A stretch of 64,000 nt of DNA, taken from NCBI GenBank assembly GCA_963813715.1, contig CAWFAK010000005.1, positions 64,001-128,000 on the forward strand. The letters run 5' to 3'. A program made the translations under genes and the position numbers. Positions within the stretch are counted from its first letter, which is position 1. Each line of letters opens with the position of its first letter. Shown piece after piece: positions 10,389 to 19,218 of this stretch. The DNA comes from an uncultured Planctomycetaceae bacterium. GTDB taxonomy: Bacteria; Planctomycetota; Planctomycetia; Planctomycetales; Planctomycetaceae. The notes beneath the pieces are model-generated. The model saw only the letters and a list, made by a program, of their open reading frames with translations, was not told the DNA's origin and ran no database searches.

Positions 10389-11843
10389 TCAGTTCGAAGG
10401 CTCGTGCAGGCTTTCCCAGAGATGCATGGCGGCATAGGCCCGCCAGGGACGCCAGGGCTCGGCCGCGTGTTCCAGCGCGCGGGCTGACTTCAGCCGCGAC
10501 GCCTTTACCAGTCCCAGATCGCCGGCCGGAAACGCGTCGGGCCAGCGAAGGGCCCGCATCGCGATGTACTCGGCCGTCCAGGGGCCGATGCCGGGTAGCT
10601 TGACGAGGTCGGCGACGACTGCCGGCGGGTCGACTCCCGCTTCGAGATCGATCTCGCGGCGGACGACCGCGCGAGCCAGATTTCGCAGACTCTCGGCACG
10701 GGCCTTTGGCAGGCCCAGGCCGGCGAGCGTTGTCGTTCGCGCGGCTGCCAGCGACTCGGCCGTCGGAGTGACGCGGTTCAAGCAAGCCAGCGGTGTCTCG
10801 ATCACGTCGCCGAAACGGTGTGCGAAGCGGCCGGCCAGAGTTGAAGCCCCGCGCACCGAAACTTGCTGCCCGAGCAAGGCCCGCAAACCCAGCTCGAATG
10901 AATCGAACGCCCCCGGCACCCGCAGGCCGCGATGACGCTCGAGCGAAGCGGCCAGCAGCGGATCGTGTGCGAGATGCCCGGCGATGACGTCGGGCCGCGC
11001 GTCCAGGTCGAATAAACTTCGTAAACGGGCCAGGATCGACGGCAACGCCGGCGCGAGCGCCGTGGCCAGATCGACGACCAGCGCATGTCGATTGGCGAGC
11101 GGCGCGACGCTCAGCCAGCCTCGGTGTTCACCGACGCGAACGGTGCGAGAGTAAGCCTCGCTGCTCACGCACTCAATGCCCGGAATGGCCCGCGCCGCTA
11201 AAAAGCGGAGCATTGCGTCCCAGTCGAACGGCGGCCGGTACGCCAAGGTCAGCCGCAAGGAATCGGTCTGCGCCGGCTGTGCCGCCGACCGCCGCAGGGC
11301 GCTGGGCGTCAGCCGATAGTGGCTGCGAAAGAGGGCATTGAACCGGCGCACGCTCTCAAACCCGGCCGCAAACGCGACCTGCACCATCGGTAGTTGCGTC
11401 TCGGCAATCAACCGCTTGGCCAGGAGCAGGCGATTCGTCTGTGCGAGTTCGACCGGCGACACGCCCAATTCGGCCCGCACAGAACGGCGCAGCTGCCGCG
11501 AGCTGAGTCCCAGGCTTGCGGCCAAATCCTCCAGGCTGCCCCCGTCGTTGAGCGCACCGGCTTCGATCCGTGCCGCGGCCGCCCGGGCCATCGTGCGGGC
11601 GCTGTCGACGGGCGAATTTCCCGGCGCGAGTTCCGGGCGGCAACGCAAGCAGGGGCGAAAGCCCGATTGCTCGGCGAGTGCCGCACTCGTGAAGAAGCGA
11701 CAGCGCTCGCGTCGTGGCGTCTTCGCGGTACAGACCGGTCGGCAGTAGATGCCCGTCGTCTTCACAGCGACGAAAAACACGCCGTCGAAACGGTTGTCCC
11801 GCGCCGTGAGGGCTCGATAGCAGACGTCGTCGTCAATCGTCAT
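10389..11843 (-). CDS. alkA: Ada metal-binding/AraC regulator fused to AlkA DNA-3-methyladenine glycosylase
   Basis: TGIYCRPVC and GFRPCLRCRP Ada Zn motifs, AraC HTH (AGFESVRRFN), LPGIGPWTA helix-hairpin-helix, WRPWRAYA. Confidence 0.93.
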   Translation of the reverse strand: MTIDDDVCYRALTARDNRFDGVFFVAVKTTGIYCRPVCTAKTPRRERCRFFTSAALAEQSGFRPCLRCRPELAPGNSPVDSARTMARAAAARIEAGALNDGGSLEDLAASLGLSSRQLRRSVRAELGVSPVELAQTNRLLLAKRLIAETQLPMVQVAFAAGFESVRRFNALFRSHYRLTPSALRRSAAQPAQTDSLRLTLAYRPPFDWDAMLRFLAARAIPGIECVSSEAYSRTVRVGEHRGWLSVAPLANRHALVVDLATALAPALPSILARLRSLFDLDARPDVIAGHLAHDPLLAASLERHRGLRVPGAFDSFELGLRALLGQQVSVRGASTLAGRFAHRFGDVIETPLACLNRVTPTAESLAAARTTTLAGLGLPKARAESLRNLARAVVRREIDLEAGVDPPAVVADLVKLPGIGPWTAEYIAMRALRWPDAFPAGDLGLVKASRLKSARALEHAAEPWRPWRAYAAMHLWESLHEPSN

Positions 11844-12098
11844 GTCCGAATTGTAGCCGCCCTTCACGGAAGGGCTGGCCGTTTTCGGACACGTAAAACA
11901 GTCTGTCCCAAATTCGCTGGAGGGTATCCGGGCCGGCTGCCGCCCTGTCGAACGTCGACGTTTCAGGTGAATTCCCGCCGGCCGGAGACGACCCGCGACG
12001 GCTGTTAATCGCTCTCCCGTACGACCGCCAAGAAATGCTCAATTTGCCCAATCGCGCAAACCGATAGATTTTCTAGGAGACCAAGCGAGGGGGGACCC

Positions 12099-13013
12099 GT
12101 GCGCGAAGGATCCGCGCTTTCGAATCGAGCGCGCTATTGCGCCTCGAGCGGCCGGCTCGCGCGAGCGTGGTGGCCGATTCTGATTTGCCTGCTCGCGTCG
12201 ATCTCGGGCTGCCGCACGCACTTGAGTCTGCGCGACAATACGCTGCGCACGGCGGGCACGCTGACCGATCTCAACTATCAGCAAGTGCTCGATAACCTGG
12301 CTCGGTTTCACGACAACCCGGCGGCCATGCCTTCGTTCGCCGTCGTGAACGCGGGCACGGTGAACGTCGCCGATCAGACGTCATTCAACGCCAACGCGAC
12401 GTACTCACCGACGCTCACATTCGGCCAGCAACTGGGTTCGGGACTGCCGATCCTCAGCTTGCTCTTCAATCCGAGTGGCCAGCGCAACGTCACCGAGAAC
12501 TGGTCGCTGGCGCCGGTGACCGACATCGACAACTTGCGGCGGATTCGTTGTGCCTATCAACTTCTCGTGGCCGGCGGCACGCTCGACTCCAACTGCATTC
12601 CGTGCCAGGACCTGATCAAACGCTTTTATCTGGGCGAACAAGACGACCTCGACTGCGTCATTCCTAAGGGCTGGTACGGCGTGGGCTGCAAGAAGGACGT
12701 GCCCGAGTGCGCTTGCTACGTGGGGCATTTCGGCAAGACCTACGTCTGGGTCAACGCCGATGGTCTCGACGGCCTGACCCGCTTCACAATGACAGTGATC
12801 GATCTGGCGACCGGAAAGCCTCACGCTCCCACCAAGACCGTCGTAAGCACTTATGGCCCGGACGGCAAACTGCAGAACACGCAGGTCACGACCACGGAGA
12901 TCGACAGCGGGGCACTCAAAGAGATGCGCAAAGAGGCGGGCCAAACCGACCGCGCTCGGCAGTATCTCAGTCCGCCGCTCGTGAATCCGGGCCTGTTCTT
13001 CGTGCCGCATTAG
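12099..13013 (+). CDS. Hypothetical lipoprotein
   Basis: Hydrophobic stretch ending LASISGC (lipobox-like); Cys-rich central region; coding-like composition. Confidence 0.65.
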   Translation: MREGSALSNRARYCASSGRLARAWWPILICLLASISGCRTHLSLRDNTLRTAGTLTDLNYQQVLDNLARFHDNPAAMPSFAVVNAGTVNVADQTSFNANATYSPTLTFGQQLGSGLPILSLLFNPSGQRNVTENWSLAPVTDIDNLRRIRCAYQLLVAGGTLDSNCIPCQDLIKRFYLGEQDDLDCVIPKGWYGVGCKKDVPECACYVGHFGKTYVWVNADGLDGLTRFTMTVIDLATGKPHAPTKTVVSTYGPDGKLQNTQVTTTEIDSGALKEMRKEAGQTDRARQYLSPPLVNPGLFFVPH

Positions 13014-13162
13014 AATTGCGCCGCCTCGGAATTTCGTCCGTCGGCACTCGACGAGCACGTCGGGCGGAAGCGCGGCCATTGCGGTCGACAGTCGTTATGC
13101 TGTTTGACGGCGGCATTTTGCGGAAGACTGCGCGCTTGACGAGCTACCGAGAGACACACGCT

Positions 13163-14722
13163 ATGGCAGTTAACGATTCGGCGGCCGACAGCAGTCCGTC
13201 GCCCGCCGAGGTCTCGCGTCGGGATTTTCTGCGACAGGGAGCAACGGCCGGAGCAGCATTAGCGCCGGGGATCGTGCTCTTATCGAGCGGCGTGCCCACA
13301 CTCTTAGCCCTCACCTCGTCGCCCGCCGAATACGAGCTGAACGTCGGGTCGCGCGCAGCCGAGCCGGACGGCCGGCGGCGAAACATCTGGTGTTACAACG
13401 CGCAGCTTCCGGGGCCGCTCGTTCGCGCGCGGCTCGGCCAGACGTTGCGGATCAAGGTCACCAATCACCTCGCGGTGCCGACGTCCGTTCACTGGCATGG
13501 GTTGCATCAGCCGGGCACCTGGCGGATGGACGGCGTCGACCGCGTGTCGCACGCTCCCATCCCGGCGGGCGGCTCGTTCGTCTACGAATTCATCGCCACT
13601 CCGGCAGGCACGCATTGGTATCACTCACACGTCGGCGTGCAATACGGCAACGGCCTCTTCGGCCCGCTCGTGATCGACGAACCCGCTCCGCCCGCCCACT
13701 ACGACCGCGAAGAGATCCTCATAATCAACGACTGGTTCCTGCGACCGGCCGAGGAGATTCTGGCAGGACTCGTCGGCCCGCAGCACAGCCGTCCCATGGC
13801 GGGCATGAAGGGTCCGGCTATGAAAAGCCCGGCCATGAAGGACGCCGGGATGAACGGCGGAGCCATGACCGGTCGCGCCATGAAAGGCATGGACGGCAAG
13901 CCCGACATCGGCGATGTGCCCTTCGAGTCGGCCCTCATGAATGGGCGGGGCCGCTTCGCCGGCACCCATGCTCCGCTGACCAGCCTACGCGTGAAGCCAG
14001 GCGAAACTTTACGACTGCGGCTGATCAACGCTTCGAGCACCTACCAATTTCGCTTCCAGATCGACGGCCATCCGCTCACGCTCATCGCCGCGGATGGCGC
14101 GCCCATCGCACCGATCAAGGTCGACAATCTGGTCTTCAGCCCGGGCGAGCGGTACGACGCGATTGTGGTTGCCGATCAGTCTGGGTCCGCCTGGATTCGT
14201 GCGGCAACCCTGGCGGGTGACGAGGCACGTGCCGTTCTGAATTACGCCGACGCGCCCAACGCCGAGCCGGCGCCCCACTCCGTGACCTGGGGCAAAACAG
14301 GACTCGAGCCGACTTCGCTGAGATCACCCGCGGCCGTTTCGCTCGTCCCGCATTCGCGCGAGGTCGTGCTGCGACTGGGGGGAACCATGCGGCCTTACGC
14401 GTGGAACATCAACGACGAATCCTACCCGCACGCCGCGCCAATCGCCGCGGCCAAAGACGAATGGCTGAGGTTCGTCCTGGACAATCCGACCGGCATGGAC
14501 CACCCGTTCCATCTGCACGGGCACTATTTCTACGTGCTGGGCGCGCCCCAGCGGTTGAACCTGGTTGACCCGCCGCAGAAGGACACGGTCAACGTGCCGG
14601 CCCGCAGCCAGATCGTGCTGCTGTGGAAAGCCAACAACCCAGGCCACTGGTTTTTCCACTGCCATATCGAATGGCATGCAGCAACCGGGATGGCGCGGGT
14701 TGTCGAAATCGCAGATCGCTAA
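13163..14722 (+). CDS. Tat-exported multicopper oxidase with Met-rich insert
   Basis: SRRDFL Tat motif; HWHG, WYHSH, HPFHLHGH and HCHIEWHAATGM copper motifs. Confidence 0.93.
   Translation: MAVNDSAADSSPSPAEVSRRDFLRQGATAGAALAPGIVLLSSGVPTLLALTSSPAEYELNVGSRAAEPDGRRRNIWCYNAQLPGPLVRARLGQTLRIKVTNHLAVPTSVHWHGLHQPGTWRMDGVDRVSHAPIPAGGSFVYEFIATPAGTHWYHSHVGVQYGNGLFGPLVIDEPAPPAHYDREEILIINDWFLRPAEEILAGLVGPQHSRPMAGMKGPAMKSPAMKDAGMNGGAMTGRAMKGMDGKPDIGDVPFESALMNGRGRFAGTHAPLTSLRVKPGETLRLRLINASSTYQFRFQIDGHPLTLIAADGAPIAPIKVDNLVFSPGERYDAIVVADQSGSAWIRAATLAGDEARAVLNYADAPNAEPAPHSVTWGKTGLEPTSLRSPAAVSLVPHSREVVLRLGGTMRPYAWNINDESYPHAAPIAAAKDEWLRFVLDNPTGMDHPFHLHGHYFYVLGAPQRLNLVDPPQKDTVNVPARSQIVLLWKANNPGHWFFHCHIEWHAATGMARVVEIADR
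13805..13894 (+). repeat. 15-nt in-frame tandem repeat encoding Met pentapeptides
   Basis: ATG at 13805, 13820, 13835, 13850, 13865 and 13880: MKGPA MKSPA MKDAG MNGGA MTGRA MKGMD. Confidence 0.8.
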
Positions 14723-14739
14723 TTGAGGCTGAGCGGTCA

Positions 14740-17700
14740 CTAGCCGTTGAGGATCTCGACGGCAGCCGAGAAGCCCGCCCACTGATTCTGGGAGTCGTCC
14801 GACGTGGACGTGGGGGGCGACGTCAGCGTGCCGGCGGTCTGCGGCTGAGAACCCGGCGAAGTGGGGCCGCTTGAGCCTACGGTCACCTGGATGGCGCCCG
14901 AAGCCGTGAGCGAATTTCCCAAGTCCGTGTAGCCGATCGCGATCGATGCCGAGCCGACGTAGCCCGTCAACGGCGTGAACGTGAGGTTCTTCAGGGCGTT
15001 GTTGAGGTTGGCCAGCGTACCCGTGATCGTCATCCCCGACGAGCTATTTGCGCCGGAGGTGAAGGTCAGCCCGGTCGTCGAACCGAGCTTGAGCTTGCCG
15101 TTGGTCGCGGAGAGCGTGACCTGTTCGATGCCGGTCCCCGCGTTGACGTCGGTGACGCTGATCAGGTCGTTGTTGGTCTTCGTGAACTGCACGGAGCCGT
15201 TCTCGGCGACCGACGCTGTTGACGGAGCCGTCAGCGTGGGCGCCAACGTAGCGATCGAAAGCGAGACGCTGGTCGAGGCGGACAAACCGTCCGGCGGATC
15301 CGAGACGGAAATCGCCAGCGTGTCAGCGCCCGAGTAGTTGGTGTTTGGCTTGTAGGTCAAGCCGTTGAGCGCGTTGTCGAGGTTGGTGACTGTCCCGGTC
15401 ACGGTGAAGGAGGCACTGCTGTTCTTGCCAGTCGTAAACGTCAAACCGCTCGTGCTGCCGAGCTTCAGCGTGCCGTTCGTCACGGAGAGCGTGAGCGATT
15501 CGGTCTTGATCGTGCCGGCGTTGCCGTCGGTAAACGAGATGGCGTTGCTGTTGGCGGCCGAGAAGACCAGCGTGCTGTTCTCGCTGAGCGAACCGGTCGA
15601 GGGAGCGGTGATTGTCGGGGCAGTGGCGGGTGAGATGGTGATCCCGACGTTGCTGGTGGCCGACTGGCCGTCAGTGGTGTCCAGCAGCGAAATCGCCAGC
15701 GTGTCGGATCCGCTGTACCCCGTCGTCGGCGTATAGGTCAGGCCGGTGAGCGCCTTGTTGAGATTGGCCAAGGTCGCGGCGATCGTGAAGGACGAGCTGC
15801 CGTTCTTGCCCGCCTTGAAGGTCAAACCGGGAGTCGAGCCGAGCGTCAGGATGCCGTTGGTGACCGAAAGGCTGAGCGTGCCGGTTGTCGAATTGGCGTC
15901 GGCGACCGTAATCGCATTGCTGTTGGTCGATGAGAATACGATCGTGACGTTTTCGCCCGTCGCGACGGACGTCGGCGCGGTAATCGTCGGCGGGCTGAGG
16001 GCGTTGATCGTCAGCGCCACGCTGGCCGAGGCTGACTGCTTGTTGACGCCATCGGCGACCGTGATCGAAAGCACATCGGTACCAACGTAGCCGGCGGTTG
16101 GCTTGTAGGTCAGGCCGGCCAGCGCCGCGTTGAGATTGGTCAGCGTCCCCGTCACAGCGATTGTGGCCGCGTTGTTCTTGCCGGTCGTATAGGTCAGCCC
16201 TGTCGTCGAGCCCAACGTCAGGATGCCGTGCGAGACCGACAGGGTCAGCGACTCGGTCTTGGCCGTGCCGGCGTTCACGTCGGTAAACGAGATGGGGTTG
16301 CCGTTGCCCGACGAGAACACGAGCGAACCATTCTCATTCAGCGAGCCCGTCGACGGTGCGGTGAGCACCGGGGGCTGGACGTTGACGGTGAGGGAGACGC
16401 TGGTTGCCGCCGAGTCGTTGTCGCCCGGATCGGCGATCGAGATCGCCAGCGAATCGGAGCCGATATAGGCGGTCGTCGGCGTGTAAGTCAAACCGTTGAG
16501 GGCGTTGTTCAAGCTGCTGACGGTGCCGCTGACGGTGAACGTCGCGGAGCCGTTGCTGCCCGTGGTGAAGGTCAGCCCGGCGGTTGACGCCAGGGTGAGC
16601 GTGCCGTGCGTCACTGCGAGGGTCAGCGAATCGGCACCGGAACCGGCGCCCGAGTCGGTGACAGAGACGGCGTTACTGTTGCCCGACGAGAAGACGAGTG
16701 AGCCGTCCTCAAAGAGCGAGCCGCTGGTCGGAGCGGTGATCGCCGGCGGGCTGAGTGCGACCACCGTCAGGCCGACGCTGGTCGAGGCCGACAGGGTGTC
16801 TGTGGTGTCGATGACGGAGATCAAAAGCGCATCCGAGCCGATGTAGGCCGGGTTCGGCTGATAGGTCAGTCCATTAAGGGCGTTGTCGAGATCGCTCGTT
16901 GCCCCCGTCACGGTGAAGGAAGAGGTGCCGTTGTTCCCGGAGGCAAACGTCAGACCCGAGGTGCCGGCCAACGTCAGCGTGCCGTGGGTTACGGAGAGCG
17001 TGAGCGAGTCGGGGCCGGCCGCCGAGTCCGTGATCGCAATGGCGTTGCCGTTGCCCGTCGAGAAGACGAGCGATCCATTTTCGCTCACCGAACCGGTGGC
17101 GGGCGCGGTCAAGGTTGGCGGCGCGTTGACCGTCAGCGACACGCTGGTCGACGCGCTCACGTTGGCGAGCGGATCGGAGAGCTGGACCAACAGCGAATCG
17201 GGGCCGGCGTAACCCGTGTTCGGGCTATAAGTCAGTCCGGCGACGGCGGCCTGCAGATCGCCGATCGTGCCGGAGACGGTCATCGAAGAGGAATCGTTGG
17301 CACCGGACGTGAAGGTCAGGTTGTTGGTGGAACCGAGCGCGAGCGTGCCCTGGTTGACCGACAGGGTCAGCGTATCGATGTTGGTGCCGGCGATCTGATC
17401 GGTGATGGTAATGGCGTTGCCGCCCGAGAAGACCAGCGAGGTGTTTTCGTTCGTCGACGCCGAGGCCGGGCCGGTCGCGGTCGGCGACCAGTTGATGTTC
17501 GTATTGGCCAGGTCGGGAACGAGCAGGTTGGCGATCGGCGTGCCTAAGCCGCTCACCAGGTCGTATCCAGGCGCCGCGTTGTAGGTGCCGTTGCCGCCAA
17601 CCGTGATATCGTGGAAGTCGGAGCTGGAAAGGTTGTACAACGTCGGCAAGGTCTGCGTGAGGCCGTTGAGACTTGGCTCACCGTTGAGGGCACGTCCCTG

Positions 17701-18831
17701 ATTGGCGATGGAGACGAGCGCGGCAGTCAACGGCGTGGCGAGGCTGGTGCCACCGACCTGGTACCATCCGCCCGAGTAGGTATCGAGGACGTAAACACCG
17801 GTGTCGGGATCCGCGTCCATCGAGATGTCTGGAACATTGCGATTGGTCGTGCTGGCGCCGTTAATACCGTTCAGCCCGTCCTGATAGGCCGGCAGCGGTT
17901 CGTACTGGCTGATGCCGCCGCCGGTGCCGTAACCGTTGTTGTTGTTCCAGACTGATTCGGAGATGTAAGTGCCGTCGGACTGGATCTGCAACGACGTGCC
18001 GCCGACAGCCACGACGTCCGGCGAGAAGGCGGGATAAATCGCAGGCGAATCCCAGTCGCCGGTTGCGGCCAGGAACGTCACGCCGCCCGTGCGCCCGGTG
18101 GGTGTGAGGTCGAAGGGGTCTTCCGACTGCTCGCCCTGGAATTCGTCCTCGCCCCAGCTCATTGACACGACCGAGACAGCCGGATTGGCGGCAGCGGTAG
18201 CCACGGCCTGGTCCATGTCGGGGTCGTTGTTGGTGTTCGACTCGTAGAGGATGATATTCGCCTGCGGGGCGATTGAGTGGGCCCACTCGACGTCGAGCGA
18301 TTCTTCGACGTCCCAGCCCTGTCCGTTGGTGGTCGGCAACGACGTGCCGCCGGTTTGATTGAGCACCTGGAAGGTCGGACCGCCCTGAACGTTGAACTGC
18401 GGCAGATTGAACGTGCTGCTGAAGTTCTGTGCGTCGGTGACGATGTTGGGGTCGTTGTACGCGTCGACGATGGCGATCGTCTGACCTGCGCCGGTGCCGC
18501 TGACGCCGTTAAACGAAATCTGGTTCACGCCGTAAGCAGTGGTCATTTGGGCCGGCGTGTAGGGGGCCGAGGCGACCGTCGTAGCCGGAGTGACGCCGTT
18601 TTTGCCGACGTTCGGCGCGGCAACCTGGCCGGCCACGATGATCGCCGGCTGATAGGCGGCGACGGCCGAGAGCATTTGCCGCGCTTCGAGGGCTTCGACG
18701 ACGGGCCCGCAGCAGACGGGCTGCTGCATGCGGTCAAGTTCTCGTTGATTTCGCCGGCGGGGCACCTTGCGGCCGCGGTAGGTATTTCCTCGGGTCTGCG
18801 AAAAAATCGACAGCCGGCGAGAGAACAGCAT
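14740..18831 (-). CDS. S53 (sedolisin-like) peptidase with planctomycete LExR motif and 7 beta-rich ~120-aa repeats (paralog 1)
   Basis: LEARQMLS; EESLD (Glu/Asp), AATGD, GGTSLATP (Ser), GYDLVSGLGTP; repeats PxxTAP..ENxxLxF..GLTYxP. Confidence 0.88.
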   Translation of the reverse strand: MLFSRRLSIFSQTRGNTYRGRKVPRRRNQRELDRMQQPVCCGPVVEALEARQMLSAVAAYQPAIIVAGQVAAPNVGKNGVTPATTVASAPYTPAQMTTAYGVNQISFNGVSGTGAGQTIAIVDAYNDPNIVTDAQNFSSTFNLPQFNVQGGPTFQVLNQTGGTSLPTTNGQGWDVEESLDVEWAHSIAPQANIILYESNTNNDPDMDQAVATAAANPAVSVVSMSWGEDEFQGEQSEDPFDLTPTGRTGGVTFLAATGDWDSPAIYPAFSPDVVAVGGTSLQIQSDGTYISESVWNNNNGYGTGGGISQYEPLPAYQDGLNGINGASTTNRNVPDISMDADPDTGVYVLDTYSGGWYQVGGTSLATPLTAALVSIANQGRALNGEPSLNGLTQTLPTLYNLSSSDFHDITVGGNGTYNAAPGYDLVSGLGTPIANLLVPDLANTNINWSPTATGPASASTNENTSLVFSGGNAITITDQIAGTNIDTLTLSVNQGTLALGSTNNLTFTSGANDSSSMTVSGTIGDLQAAVAGLTYSPNTGYAGPDSLLVQLSDPLANVSASTSVSLTVNAPPTLTAPATGSVSENGSLVFSTGNGNAIAITDSAAGPDSLTLSVTHGTLTLAGTSGLTFASGNNGTSSFTVTGATSDLDNALNGLTYQPNPAYIGSDALLISVIDTTDTLSASTSVGLTVVALSPPAITAPTSGSLFEDGSLVFSSGNSNAVSVTDSGAGSGADSLTLAVTHGTLTLASTAGLTFTTGSNGSATFTVSGTVSSLNNALNGLTYTPTTAYIGSDSLAISIADPGDNDSAATSVSLTVNVQPPVLTAPSTGSLNENGSLVFSSGNGNPISFTDVNAGTAKTESLTLSVSHGILTLGSTTGLTYTTGKNNAATIAVTGTLTNLNAALAGLTYKPTAGYVGTDVLSITVADGVNKQSASASVALTINALSPPTITAPTSVATGENVTIVFSSTNSNAITVADANSTTGTLSLSVTNGILTLGSTPGLTFKAGKNGSSSFTIAATLANLNKALTGLTYTPTTGYSGSDTLAISLLDTTDGQSATSNVGITISPATAPTITAPSTGSLSENSTLVFSAANSNAISFTDGNAGTIKTESLTLSVTNGTLKLGSTSGLTFTTGKNSSASFTVTGTVTNLDNALNGLTYKPNTNYSGADTLAISVSDPPDGLSASTSVSLSIATLAPTLTAPSTASVAENGSVQFTKTNNDLISVTDVNAGTGIEQVTLSATNGKLKLGSTTGLTFTSGANSSSGMTITGTLANLNNALKNLTFTPLTGYVGSASIAIGYTDLGNSLTASGAIQVTVGSSGPTSPGSQPQTAGTLTSPPTSTSDDSQNQWAGFSAAVEILNG

Positions 18832-18901
18832 GCTTCGGGCTCCAACGGCTAATTGGGCAATGGGTTGTGATTCGGAGGGATGCTGCAAGCGCGACTCGAA
18901 G

Positions 18902-18919
18902 GGTGCTGGCCCAAGCACC
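18902..18919 (-). promoter_or_regulatory. Conserved upstream hairpin motif, paralog 1
   Basis: Sense strand GGTGCT-TGGGCC-AGCACC, 71-88 nt upstream of the inferred ATG; similar motifs precede paralogs 2 and 3. Confidence 0.5.
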
Positions 18920-19218
18920 GGGCGCGTAGGAAGAACTCCTGACGCCATTCGAGAGTCGTGCCTCACAGTTTGCCGTCGCGAGGAGCCGGTGACAACGCGC
19001 CGGTCGCGAGATTTCTGTGAATTTTCTGAAGGGAAGCAGGCCGCTCTAAGAACCGAACGTCAATCGCGGCAGAAGTGGACAGACGAGCACGGTAAAACGC
19101 CAGAAACCATGCGCGCCCGGATGGTTTTCGACCGTCCCCGTAGCGCGCGCTGCCTTCCATCTGCGGCGCACCGGAGGTCACCGCGGAAATTCGTTCACGC
19201 GAACGACCGGCGCGGACG

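Noticed and set aside
12707..13162. Long N-terminal extensions in the ORF track (also upstream of sufC, the SDR and the S53 genes)
   Set aside because: They overlap neighbouring genes or lack family similarity; downstream starts fit the signal motifs better.
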